Origin: an uncultured Clostridia bacterium
GTDB taxonomy: Bacteria > Bacillota > Clostridia > Oscillospirales > CAG-272
NCBI GenBank assembly: GCA_937875545.1
Contig: CALLYE010000073.1
Location: forward strand, 12,237-76,236
Reading direction: 5' to 3'
DNA: 64,000 nt
A program made the position numbers and the translations under genes. Below are positions 1 through 8,804 of this stretch, one piece after another. The notes beneath the pieces are model-generated. The model saw only the letters and a program-made list of their open reading frames with translations. It was not told where the DNA came from and searched no databases. How positions within the stretch are numbered: the first letter of the stretch is position 1; every line of letters begins with the position of its first letter.

Positions 1-465
1 CTTGCGGAGGCGCTGCCCGGGCGCACGATGGAGTGCGGCATATCCGACGCCAACAACATGGGCGCGGCGATGGCGCCCGCCGCTGCTGACACGCTGCTGC
101 GTTATTTCAAGCTTTCGGGCAGCGCGCCGGGCGATTTCGACCTGATAATAACCGGCGACCTTGCCGCCGAGGGTCACAGACTGGTGGGTGAGCTGCTCGC
201 GGCAAAGCATTTAACGCTGGGCAATAACTACAACGATTGCGGGCTTATAATCTACGACCGAAAACGGCAGGACATGCACGCGGGCGGTTCGGGCTGCGGA
301 TGCAGCGCGCTGGTAATGGCGGCGCAGGTGCTGCCGCGGCTTGAGCGCGGCGAATATAAAAATGTGCTTTTTATCGGCACTGGCGCGCTGATGAGCCCCA
401 TGTCGGTGCAGCAGGGTCTGCCGATCCCCGCGATCGCGCACCTTGTGCGGCTTATAAACGAGTAA
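1..465 (+). CDS. spoVAD: stage V sporulation protein AD, C-terminal part (5-prime end lies outside the window)
   Basis: Frame 1 is open from nt 1. The translation (HAGGSGCGCSALV, LFIGTGALMSPMS) matches the thiolase-like C-terminal half of SpoVAD. spoVAE follows immediately. Confidence 0.85.
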   Translation, partial: LAEALPGRTMECGISDANNMGAAMAPAAADTLLRYFKLSGSAPGDFDLIITGDLAAEGHRLVGELLAAKHLTLGNNYNDCGLIIYDRKRQDMHAGGSGCGCSALVMAAQVLPRLERGEYKNVLFIGTGALMSPMSVQQGLPIPAIAHLVRLINE

Positions 466-479
466 AGGGGGAGCTATAA

Positions 480-833
480 ATGAATTATTTATGGGCTTTT
501 ATCATCGGCGGGCTTTTCTGCGTGGTTGCGGAGCTGCTGCTGTGTTATACCAAGCTGACCGCAGCCAGGATTCTGGTCGCGTATGTAGTTGCGGGCGTAT
601 TTTTGACTGCTATCGGGCTGTATTCCCCGCTCGTCGACTGGGCGGGCTGCGGCGCGACGACGCCATTGACGGGGTTCGGGTTCGCGCTCGCCGAGGGCGT
701 TAAAAAAGCGGTCGCCGAACGCGGCATACTGGGCGCGCTGACAGGCGGCTTAACCGCTACCGCGGGCGGTATTTCCGCCGCGCTGGTGTTCGCCTTCATC
801 GCCGCGCTGGTGTTCAAGGGAAAACCGAAGTAA
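480..833 (+). CDS. spoVAE: stage V sporulation protein AE (SpoVAEB-type small membrane protein)
   Basis: 117-aa polytopic membrane protein (MNYLWAFIIGGLFCVVAELL...). An AGGGGGAG SD lies 6 nt upstream of the ATG, and the gene starts 14 nt after the spoVAD stop. Confidence 0.85.
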   Translation: MNYLWAFIIGGLFCVVAELLLCYTKLTAARILVAYVVAGVFLTAIGLYSPLVDWAGCGATTPLTGFGFALAEGVKKAVAERGILGALTGGLTATAGGISAALVFAFIAALVFKGKPK

Positions 834-849
834 ACAAGCTGAAGAATAC

Positions 850-877
850 GCGCGGGGGTGTTTAAACACCCCCGCGC
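850..877. terminator. perfect 28-nt palindromic hairpin between convergent spoVAE and murI
   Basis: GCGCGGGGGTGTTT/AAACACCCCCGCGC is an exact reverse complement. It is preceded by GAATACGCG, as in the 3-prime element after pnp. No clean U-tract on either side. Confidence 0.5.
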
Positions 878-892
878 ACATATATTGTCCCG

Positions 893-1684
893 TTAATATT
901 TTTCTATATCTACCAGTTCAGCCGCACCATGCCAGCCGTCTCCGAACAGCTTTGACGCGAATCGCGTGAAACCCTCGGGATCGTCGCTTACATAATAGCT
1001 CGGCGGAATATTTGCATCTGTGTCCGGAGCGTAGTAATGCGGCGCTATCGCATTCACCGCCTCCGCGCCGGTATCGATCAGCGTCACGCCGGGCAGCGAC
1101 CGCGCGATCTCATCCGCAATCAGCGGATAATGCGTGCAGCCTAAAATACAGGTATCCGCACCCGACTCGCGCACCTCGCGTAAATAACGCTCGCAGACCA
1201 GCCGCGTGACCTCATCTCCGCCGGTGAACCCGTTCTCGACCAACGGCACGAACAGCGGACAGGCTGCCGCCGTTACTTTTATCCCGGTATCGAGCTTTTT
1301 TATCTCACGTTCATAAGCGCCGCTGTTGACAGTCGCCGTTGTGGCTATCACCGCGACATGGCGGTTTTTTGTCGCTTTGACCGCCGTTCCCGCCGCGCTT
1401 TCAACCACGCCGAACACCGGCACGTTGAAATTCGCGCGCAGCACGTCCAGAGCCGTCGAGCTGACCGTGCCGCACGCGACGAGCACCGCCGAAATATCGC
1501 TCCTCACCGAGAGCAGAAAGCGCATGTCCTGAAGCGCGTATTTAATAATCGTGCCGCGCGAGCGCGTGCCGTAGGGAACGCGGCCTGTGTCGCCAAAATA
1601 TATGTACTGTGCGTCCGGAAAACGCGATCGCAGCTCCTTCACCGCGGTTAACCCGCCCAGTCCGCTGTCGAAAATTGCTATCAA
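893..1684 (-). CDS. murI: glutamate racemase
   Basis: Motifs IAIFDSGLGGLT, ACGTVSS and ILGCTHYPL. I moved the start to TTG 1684 (AAAGGA SD 8 nt upstream, giving MIAIFDSG). The longest ORF starts at ATG 1729. Confidence 0.9.
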   Translation of the reverse strand: MIAIFDSGLGGLTAVKELRSRFPDAQYIYFGDTGRVPYGTRSRGTIIKYALQDMRFLLSVRSDISAVLVACGTVSSTALDVLRANFNVPVFGVVESAAGTAVKATKNRHVAVIATTATVNSGAYEREIKKLDTGIKVTAAACPLFVPLVENGFTGGDEVTRLVCERYLREVRESGADTCILGCTHYPLIADEIARSLPGVTLIDTGAEAVNAIAPHYYAPDTDANIPPSYYVSDDPEGFTRFASKLFGDGWHGAAELVDIEKY

Positions 1685-1885
1685 AGTATGTGTTCCTTTA
1701 TATACTTTACAAAATATTTTAAAAATCATAGAGGTGGCAGCGTTTTAAAACGCTGTTGCCCCATTTTTGTTTTTATACTGTATTATTATATTCGCCCGCA
1801 CAGTGAATGTCAATAGACTATATGATCCAGAATTTCATACGTGTGAAAATGCGTAAAAACCGCCGTGCCTTCGTTTAGAAAACAG

Positions 1886-1914
1886 TTGACAAAAACATTC
1901 ATATATAGTATAAT
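1886..1914 (+). promoter_or_regulatory. sigma-A type promoter TTGACA-17-TATAAT
   Basis: Exact consensus hexamers at 1886-1891 and 1909-1914 with a 17-nt spacer, in an AT-rich intergenic region about 190 nt upstream of the Na/Pi cotransporter start. Confidence 0.55.
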
Positions 1915-1990
1915 GCAAATATCTTTTTGTATTGGGGTGCATGTGGTCGGGCTGACTATATGAATGGTAGCGGTATGCAGTTATATAAGA

Positions 1991-2031
1991 CATCTGTAGG
2001 ACAATAATTTGTTCCATAGGTGTGTTTTTTT
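1991..2031 (+). terminator. intrinsic terminator inside the 5-prime leader (candidate attenuator)
   Basis: CATCTGTAGGACAA (1991-2004) pairs with TTGTTCCATAGGTG (2009-2022): 13 of 14 positions pair, 3 of them G-U. The loop is TAAT, followed by TGTTTTTTT. It sits 72 nt upstream of ATG 2103. Confidence 0.55.
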
Positions 2032-2102
2032 ATGTTGCGGAGCATCATGGAAGAATTAGACGAAAAAGAAGAAGCAGAAAAAGTAATTGGAAGGAAGCAA
2101 AA

Positions 2103-3845
2103 ATGGATATTTTCGATGTTTTAACATTAATTGGGGGGCTGTGTTTGTTCCTGTTCGGCATGAGCCTTATGGGAACCGGTTTAGAAAAAGCTGCCGGAAG
2201 CAGTTTAAAAACATTGCTTGGCAAATTAACCACAAATAAAGCTGCTGGTTTTCTGACAGGATTAGGCGTAACCGCTGTTATTCAAAGTTCTTCAGCAACG
2301 ACCGTTATGGTCGTCGGTTTTGTCAACTCCGGGCTCATGACGTTAAAACAGGCAATAAACGTCATAATGGGCGCCAACGTCGGCACAACGGCTACCGCGT
2401 GGATACTGAGTTTATCGGGTATTGAAAGCACTAACACGATTGTTAAGCTATTAAAACCCACTTCTTTCACCCCCATACTTGCCCTTGTTGGTCTTGCTTT
2501 GTATATGTTCAGCAAAAACAACAGGAAAAAAGATACCGGTATAATATTGTTAGGTTTTACAATATTGATGTTCGGCATGGAAACCATGACCGGCGCCGTA
2601 TCAGGTTTAAAAGATGTACCGGAATTCAGAAACATCCTTTTAATGTTCTCTAACCCGATTTTGGGTGTGCTGGCAGGAGCGATTTTAACCGGCATTATTC
2701 AATCAAGCTCCGCTTCCGTCGGTATCCTGCAAGCTTTGGCGACGACGGGTCAAGTCACGTTCGGGACAGCCATTCCGATTATCATGGGACAAAATATCGG
2801 CACTTGTGTAACAGCCATGATCTCATCGGTGGGAACCAACAAAAACGCCCGGCGCGCAGCGGTTGTCCACTTGTCGTTCAATGTGATCGGAACGGTTATA
2901 TGGCTGAGTTTATTTAGTGCCGCCAATACGATCCTGCATTTTAGTTTTATCAATAATCCGCTCAATCAAATGGACATCGCTGTTATTCACTCTTTATTCA
3001 ATATACTCTGCACCATTCTGTTATTGCCCTTATCCTCGTTCCTTGAGAAACTTTCGTATAAATTAATCCCCGATTCCAAAACCATGGACAGCATCAATAT
3101 TTTAGATGAACGTTTGATAACTACTCCGGCTATCGCTATTGACCGCTGCCGGGTCGTAACGGAAACAATGGCGGATATTTCAAGTCAGGCGTTAAGGGAT
3201 TCTCTTTTAATTTTAAAAAGTTATGACCCCGCCCTTTCAGCCAAGATCCGTGAAAATGAAGATGCATCAGATAAATATGAAGATATTCTCGGAAACTATA
3301 TTGTAAAATTAAGCAGCCACGCCATGAGCGGCTCCGACAATGTTGAATCGGCAAAATTGTTGCGTCTGATCGGCGATTTAGAGCGTATTTCCGACCACGC
3401 GGTAAATATTTTGGAGTCCGCGGAGGAAATTCGCGAAAAAAATATCATATTTACTGTTGAAGCGCAAAATGAATTATCCAAAATGACCGATGCGGTTGGA
3501 GAAATCTTGGATTTAGCGATATATTCATTTAAACACAATGACTATAACTCCGCTTTTCTTGTGCAGCCTTTAGAAGAAGTGGTGGACGAGTTAAAAGAAC
3601 AATTGCGTTCCAATCATATTATCCGCCTGCAAAAGGGAGAATGTTCGATCGAAGCCGGATTTGTTTGGTCTGATATACTCACCAATATGGAACGTGTCGC
3701 CGATCACTGCTTAAATATCGCCAACTGTATCGTCGATACCTCCGACTTTAAATTTTCACATGAACATTCCGTTAAAGCAGAGATGGACAGTTCTCAATAT
3801 TCGAGCCGATATGAAGCTTATGTGAAAAAATACGCTTTAAAATAG
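2103..3845 (+). CDS. Na+/phosphate cotransporter family protein with C-terminal PhoU-like domain
   Basis: Duplicated Na/Pi-cotransporter motifs (VIQSSSATTV and IIQSSSASVG) in a polytopic N-terminal part, and a helical PhoU-like C-terminal part (ERISDHAVNI, ERVADHCLNI). Start set at ATG 2103 (GGAAGGAAG SD). The GTG 2022 extension would run through the leader terminator. Confidence 0.85.
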   Translation: MDIFDVLTLIGGLCLFLFGMSLMGTGLEKAAGSSLKTLLGKLTTNKAAGFLTGLGVTAVIQSSSATTVMVVGFVNSGLMTLKQAINVIMGANVGTTATAWILSLSGIESTNTIVKLLKPTSFTPILALVGLALYMFSKNNRKKDTGIILLGFTILMFGMETMTGAVSGLKDVPEFRNILLMFSNPILGVLAGAILTGIIQSSSASVGILQALATTGQVTFGTAIPIIMGQNIGTCVTAMISSVGTNKNARRAAVVHLSFNVIGTVIWLSLFSAANTILHFSFINNPLNQMDIAVIHSLFNILCTILLLPLSSFLEKLSYKLIPDSKTMDSINILDERLITTPAIAIDRCRVVTETMADISSQALRDSLLILKSYDPALSAKIRENEDASDKYEDILGNYIVKLSSHAMSGSDNVESAKLLRLIGDLERISDHAVNILESAEEIREKNIIFTVEAQNELSKMTDAVGEILDLAIYSFKHNDYNSAFLVQPLEEVVDELKEQLRSNHIIRLQKGECSIEAGFVWSDILTNMERVADHCLNIANCIVDTSDFKFSHEHSVKAEMDSSQYSSRYEAYVKKYALK

Positions 3846-3850
3846 AAACA

Positions 3851-3878
3851 AAAACAGGGTTGCGCGCCCTGCTTTTTT
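3851..3878 (+). terminator. rho-independent terminator
   Basis: AAAAACAGGG-TTGCGCG-CCCTGCTTTTTT, 6 nt after the stop codon. Confidence 0.75.
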
Positions 3879-3935
3879 ATTTAATCGCATCACATATATT
3901 TCCCCGCGCATAACGTATATTTTCCGGCGATTTTA

Positions 3936-3964
3936 TTGACAATGGACTTTGTGCGTGTTACAAT
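3936..3964 (+). promoter_or_regulatory. sigma-A type promoter TTGACA-17-TACAAT
   Basis: Hexamers at 3936-3941 and 3959-3964 with a 17-nt spacer, about 60 nt upstream of the GTG start of the TerB-like gene. Confidence 0.55.
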
Positions 3965-4025
3965 AACATGATAAGATGGTATCATTATATTATACAGATG
4001 TTGAAAAGGGGAGGATAACGCGACT

Positions 4026-5903
4026 GTGGATGAAAAAACAAACGACGATTTTTGGGACATAGATTACATCCGACCCAAAAAGAAGCCGCGCCCGTTCTCG
4101 CGCGACACTGGTACCATCCGTCTGGATTTTGAAAACTCCTCCGCCGCGGACAATGCCCCGGGTCACGGTGATATCCCTCCCGCCGGGCGAATCACGCCCG
4201 CAAAAAACCCTCCTCTGCGCAAATTGACGCTTGACGAACTGAAAAACGTCGGCATTGTCGTACCGGGCAGCGTTATAAACCCGCCGCCGGCTGAACCCGT
4301 ACCCGCGCAAGATGATGAACCGACCATAACCGCACCCGCGATCGGCGCCGCGATCCCCTCGCGCGAGGAGCTTGCCCGGCGCAACGAGCCGTACCTGCGC
4401 TATACGCCCGCCGATAACAGGCTGCTTAACGAAGTCAGGGTCTGCATGTGGCCCACGCCCTTCACCATATACGAGCGCTTCCGCAGCGACGCGCGGCGTT
4501 ATTATAATCACCCCGCGCGCGAATGCGAACCCGCGCCCTTCTTTTCGTTTATGCCGCAATACGCGCAGCTTAACGCCGTCCAGCGCGCGTGGTATTTTTG
4601 GTGGCGCTCTCTGGCGAGAGAAGGAAAATATCTCCCCACCGACTTCGGATATGTTTATTTATATATTTATGAACTCATCAATCTTTCGGACACGCTTGAC
4701 GCGTCGGCGGTGCTGAACTCGATGGTCGATGTGTGGCTGGGCTGCCGCGCGCAGCACCCACGACTCGACCGCTATCTGTCCGAGTGGGTGTGTGATTTGT
4801 GCCTGATACACAATCTGCCCCTGCCATATGAGCGATTAAAAGTAATCTACCCGCAGATCACCGCCATAGCGCGGTTCAAGGAGTTTTACGCCGGCTGCGA
4901 CAAAGGCGAGGAGTCGCCGTTCGCAAAAGCGCTTTTCGATTTCAACTCCGGCTATGACTGGCGGCAGAGCAAATATATCACCGACGCCAACCGCGAACTG
5001 TTCGAGAAGCATATACGCGGCGCATTCATGTTCGCCTGCCGCGAGCTTGAGCACGCTCCGGATACCTCCGGTACAGATGTGCCGGACGGAGCGCAGACGC
5101 AAAACACCCAGACGCAAAATGCGCATGATGACCTGCTCACCTCGGCGCTGCGCAGCTATGGTTCGAAGCTGCGCGTGATACGCGACGCCTATTCAGGCGC
5201 GCTGTGCTCATACGAAATCAAACGCCGCATCGAGGTTGATTACAGCAGTTGCACACGCTCGCCCGAGCTGCGGTTTATCGTCACCGACATGGTAAAGTAT
5301 GCCGAAAACAACGTCCGCGCGATGATAGGCGTGAAATCGCGTTTCAACACGCCCAATCTGCCTCCCCCCGCGCGTGTGCATATATATAATTATTTTGCCC
5401 CCTACCGCGTCAAGCCGGATAAAAAAACCGCGGAGAAGCCCGAATACGAAAAACAATACGAAGCCGCGAGCATGTCTCTGTCGCCCGAAGCGGCGCTCGA
5501 GCTTGAGCGCCGTTCGTGGGAAACGACCGACCGGCTGGTCAACGCGTTCACCGACGCAGAGGACGTTGTTTCCGATGTACCGCCTGTCACCCGTCAAACG
5601 GACGATAACGTCCCTGACACGGCGGCAATGCAAAATGACGCGCCTTTGATTACGCCGCCCGACACCGACCCGGGACTTGCGATATGCGCGCGCGCCTACC
5701 GCTTCATTCGCGCGGGCGACGCACACGGTTTTGCGGCGCTGGCAGACGAGTATAACATAATGCCCGAGACGCTGGCGGAGAACCTCAACGAATACGCTTA
5801 TGAAATCGTCGGCGATATCGCGGCGGAGCCCGACGGTACCGGCTGGCGGATTGTGGACGACTACGCCGCCGAGCTTGACGATTATTTCGATGAAGTGAAA
5901 TAA
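4026..5903 (+). CDS. TerB-N / TerB-C domain-containing protein
   Basis: GTG start with a GGAGG SD 11 nt upstream. The central segment AWYFWWRSLAREGKYLPTDFGYVYLYIYELINL is typical of TerB-N. The acidic C-terminus (ADEYNIMPETLAENLNEYAYEIVGDIAAEPDG...IVDDYAAELDDYF) is typical of TerB-C. No TM segment or signal peptide. Confidence 0.7.
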   Translation: MDEKTNDDFWDIDYIRPKKKPRPFSRDTGTIRLDFENSSAADNAPGHGDIPPAGRITPAKNPPLRKLTLDELKNVGIVVPGSVINPPPAEPVPAQDDEPTITAPAIGAAIPSREELARRNEPYLRYTPADNRLLNEVRVCMWPTPFTIYERFRSDARRYYNHPARECEPAPFFSFMPQYAQLNAVQRAWYFWWRSLAREGKYLPTDFGYVYLYIYELINLSDTLDASAVLNSMVDVWLGCRAQHPRLDRYLSEWVCDLCLIHNLPLPYERLKVIYPQITAIARFKEFYAGCDKGEESPFAKALFDFNSGYDWRQSKYITDANRELFEKHIRGAFMFACRELEHAPDTSGTDVPDGAQTQNTQTQNAHDDLLTSALRSYGSKLRVIRDAYSGALCSYEIKRRIEVDYSSCTRSPELRFIVTDMVKYAENNVRAMIGVKSRFNTPNLPPPARVHIYNYFAPYRVKPDKKTAEKPEYEKQYEAASMSLSPEAALELERRSWETTDRLVNAFTDAEDVVSDVPPVTRQTDDNVPDTAAMQNDAPLITPPDTDPGLAICARAYRFIRAGDAHGFAALADEYNIMPETLAENLNEYAYEIVGDIAAEPDGTGWRIVDDYAAELDDYFDEVK

Positions 5904-5990
5904 AACAAAATAAAAGTAAACAATAATATACAGACTCTTGAGCCGCCGACGTTTGCGAACGCTGGCCGCTCATAAAACGGTAAACAGAAA

Positions 5991-7367
5991 ATGGACGAAC
6001 AAAAGATACCCAAACGGATTTTAAACAGCCTGATGAGCTCGATAGCGGCGGGCGTCGTGCCCCGCACGGGCGCGCCTTACATCGCCATAGGGCGCAACGA
6101 TGAAATCGCGGCGCTGCTTGGCGACCTTGAGCTTATCAACGACGGCGGCAGCTCGATGCGTTTCATCATCGGCAAATACGGCAGCGGAAAGAGCTTTTTA
6201 ATGCAGCTCATCCGCGGCTTTGCCGTCGAGCGCGGTTTTATTTGCGCCGACTGTGACCTCTCACCCGAGCGGCGCATCTGTGGCGGCAAGGGTACGGGCG
6301 TTGCCACTTATCGTGAGCTGATTAAAAACCTCGCGTCCAAAACAAGCCCCGACGGCGGCGCGCTGACGATTATAATTTCAAAATGGCTGTCGGGACTGCG
6401 CACCGAGCTGGCGGCTGCGGGACTTGAGCCGGGAACCGCCGAGTTCGACACGGAGCTTAAAGCGCGCGTCTACGCGCTGGGGCGCGAGCTTGAGGGGCAG
6501 GTCGGCGGCTTCGATTTTGCGCGTGTTTTGACCGTCTATTATGACGCGAGCCGCTCCGACTCCGACGAAGCCGAGGAAAAACGTTCCTCCTGTATGCGCT
6601 GGCTGCGCGGCGAATTCGCGACCCGCACCGAGGCGCGCGCTGCGCTCGGCGTGGGGGATATCATCAACGACGAAAACTGGTATGACTACATCAAGCTGCT
6701 CAGCGTATTTATACGCAGGATAGGCTATCGCGGGCTGGTGGTGTTCATCGACGAGTGCGTCAACCTGTATAAAATCGTGAACCGCGTATCGCGCGAAAAC
6801 AATTATGAGAAGCTGCTCGCCATGTTCAACGACGCGCTGGGCGGGCGCGCGCCGGGTCTGGCGCTTATACTCGGCGGCACGCCGCAATTTTTAGAGGATC
6901 CCAGACGCGGGCTGTTCAGCTACGAGGCGCTGCGCTCTCGTTTGACCGACGGCAAATTCGCGGCGGCGGGATACCGCAATCTGCTCGGCCCGGTGATACG
7001 GCTGCGCAGACTGTCCGACGATGAGCTGTTCGCGCTCGTCGCGCGTATCACCAAACTGCACGCGCAGGCGTACGCATGGGAGCCGCGCGTGACGACGGAG
7101 GAACAGGCGGCGTTTCTATCAAGCTGTCTGGCGCGGGCCGGCGCGGATGTGATGATCACCCCACGCGAGATAATCCGCGATTACATGTCGGTATTGAACA
7201 TCCTGCTGCAAAACCCCGCCGCGACCTTTGCCGAGATCGTGGGCAGCGGCGTGGTTACGCTTAAAACAGCCTATAACGGCGAAAACCGACCCGCCGAGGC
7301 TTCGTCGGAAACCGACGAAGCCAGCCCCTCAAGCTCATCCTTCAGCCTTGAGGACATTGAATTATGA
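5991..7367 (+). CDS. DUF2791 / BrxC-BrxD-like P-loop ATPase
   Basis: Walker A GKYGSGKS (aa 61-68), Walker B LVVFIDE (aa 249-255) and an acidic Ser-rich C-terminal tail. The overall layout matches the ATPase family usually found next to TerB-N/TerB-C proteins. Confidence 0.75.
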   Translation: MDEQKIPKRILNSLMSSIAAGVVPRTGAPYIAIGRNDEIAALLGDLELINDGGSSMRFIIGKYGSGKSFLMQLIRGFAVERGFICADCDLSPERRICGGKGTGVATYRELIKNLASKTSPDGGALTIIISKWLSGLRTELAAAGLEPGTAEFDTELKARVYALGRELEGQVGGFDFARVLTVYYDASRSDSDEAEEKRSSCMRWLRGEFATRTEARAALGVGDIINDENWYDYIKLLSVFIRRIGYRGLVVFIDECVNLYKIVNRVSRENNYEKLLAMFNDALGGRAPGLALILGGTPQFLEDPRRGLFSYEALRSRLTDGKFAAAGYRNLLGPVIRLRRLSDDELFALVARITKLHAQAYAWEPRVTTEEQAAFLSSCLARAGADVMITPREIIRDYMSVLNILLQNPAATFAEIVGSGVVTLKTAYNGENRPAEASSETDEASPSSSSFSLEDIEL

Positions 7368-8212
7368 AGTGGGCAAAATTTATAGTTATCGCCGCGCTCA
7401 CCGTTTCGCTCATGTCGTGCGGTGTTCTCACAAATAAATATTCCGAACAAACCGGCGGACAGGATTATGAAACAAATTCATCCGAAAAAAGCAAACCCGC
7501 CAAAAAAACCGAGCCTGAAACTGCTCCCGTAACCGTATACAACCCCTATTTCGAGGTAGTGGCCCGCGAAACAAAAGACGGCATCCTTTATCTGCCCGCC
7601 GACGACGGGTTCGGCAATCCCACCGGCGACATTATCGTAATCGGATATAACGGCGTTTCGCAGAACGTGAAAATCCCAGCCATCATCGACGGCGGCAATG
7701 TGACGAGCATCGGCGAGGGCGCTTTTTATGGCAAGGGCAACATCTCGACCATCACTATCTCCGATTCGGTAACAGAAATCGGGCGCGCGGCGTTTTCTAC
7801 CTGCCCGAACCTGACCGCCGTTACGTTTGGACGCGGTATTACCGCGCTGCCCCCGGAGTTATTGCGTGGCTGCAAGGTGCTTTCTTCCGTAAAATTGCCC
7901 GAAACGCTTACACTGATCGGTGATTTTGCTTTCGAAGGCTGTTTGCGGCTTGAGAGCCTGTACATCCCCGCGTCGGTGACGGAAATCGGGTTCGACGCTT
8001 TCATGGGCTGCGAGTGGCTGACGCTGGATGTTTCTGATAACGAACACGCAGCGTCATACGCTGAAGAAAACAAAATCAACGCCGATCCGTTCTTCACCTA
8101 CTCCGCGCAGCGAGGGAGGATTTACGCCGTCGTTGCCGCCGGTGTGCTGATCGCCGCGGCGATGCTTGTTATTCCGGTATTTCTGCGTCGCAAGAAAGAG
8201 GGTGCGCGATGA
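7364..8212 (+). CDS. BspA-type leucine-rich-repeat surface protein (lipobox plus C-terminal TM anchor)
   Basis: Signal peptide with lipobox LMSC. Five roughly 23-aa repeats of the xxVTxIGxxAFxxCxxLxxVxL type. C-terminal hydrophobic helix followed by RRKKEGAR. The ATG overlaps the upstream stop (ATGA). Confidence 0.8.
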   Translation: MKWAKFIVIAALTVSLMSCGVLTNKYSEQTGGQDYETNSSEKSKPAKKTEPETAPVTVYNPYFEVVARETKDGILYLPADDGFGNPTGDIIVIGYNGVSQNVKIPAIIDGGNVTSIGEGAFYGKGNISTITISDSVTEIGRAAFSTCPNLTAVTFGRGITALPPELLRGCKVLSSVKLPETLTLIGDFAFEGCLRLESLYIPASVTEIGFDAFMGCEWLTLDVSDNEHAASYAEENKINADPFFTYSAQRGRIYAVVAAGVLIAAAMLVIPVFLRRKKEGAR

Positions 8213-8697
8213 TCGCGGTGTTTCAGCGCGTCACTTCCGCTTCGGTAGCCGTGGACGGCGAGCTCGTCGGACAATGCGGCGCGGGCTGTCTGATATTGCT
8301 GGGCGTCGCTCGCGGCGACACCGAACTTGACGCCGACAGGCTTGCCGCAAAGCTGGCGAAACTGCGCGTTTTTGCCGACAATAACGGGAAAATGAACCGC
8401 TCTGTGACCGATATTGGCGGCTGTGCGCTGGTCGTCCCAAACTTTACGCTGCTTGCCGACTACACGCACGGCAACCGACCGGATTATCTGGGCGCCGCGC
8501 CGCCTGATGAGGCGAACGCACTTTACGAATATTTTTGCCGCGCGCTCGAGGAGCAGAGTGTGCCCGTATCGCGCGGTATATTCGGCGCGGATATGCGCGT
8601 ATCACTCGTCAACGACGGGCCGGTCACGCTTGTTTTAGACAGCAGGTCGCTGGGAACGGGGATACACCCCGCCAATATATACCAAGTTAATAATTAA
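8209..8697 (+). CDS. dtd: D-aminoacyl-tRNA deacylase
   Basis: MIAVFQRVTSASVAVDGELVGQCGAGCLILLGVARGD and ...NDGPVTLVLDS are typical of Dtd. The ATG overlaps the LRR gene stop (ATGA). Confidence 0.9.
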   Translation: MIAVFQRVTSASVAVDGELVGQCGAGCLILLGVARGDTELDADRLAAKLAKLRVFADNNGKMNRSVTDIGGCALVVPNFTLLADYTHGNRPDYLGAAPPDEANALYEYFCRALEEQSVPVSRGIFGADMRVSLVNDGPVTLVLDSRSLGTGIHPANIYQVNN

Positions 8698-8737
8698 AAC
8701 ATAAATTTTTATTTGCATTAAATCTACTCAGCAGGAA

Positions 8738-8782
8738 GGGGTGCGGGGGATGTCATATCCCCCGCGCGTAACCCCGTTTCTT
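8738..8782 (+). terminator. putative terminator hairpin after dtd
   Basis: Outer stem GGGGT/ACCCC and inner 9-bp stem GCGGGGGAT/ATCCCCCGC, followed by GTTTCTT. Confidence 0.45.
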
Positions 8783-8804
8783 ATCGATTGGAATATATAA
8801 CATC

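Noticed and set aside
2022-2102. N-terminal extension of the Na/Pi cotransporter ORF starting at GTG 2022.
   Set aside because: The extension (MFFYVAEHHGRIRRKRRSRKSNWKEAK) begins inside the leader terminator and has no SD. ATG 2103 has a GGAAGGAAG SD and yields the family-typical N-terminus MDIFDVLTLIGG.
5093-5125. Direct repeat CAGACGCAAAA(C/T) within the TerB-like gene.
   Set aside because: It is a simple in-frame duplication encoding QTQNTQTQN in a low-complexity linker. There is no evidence of any function beyond slippage.
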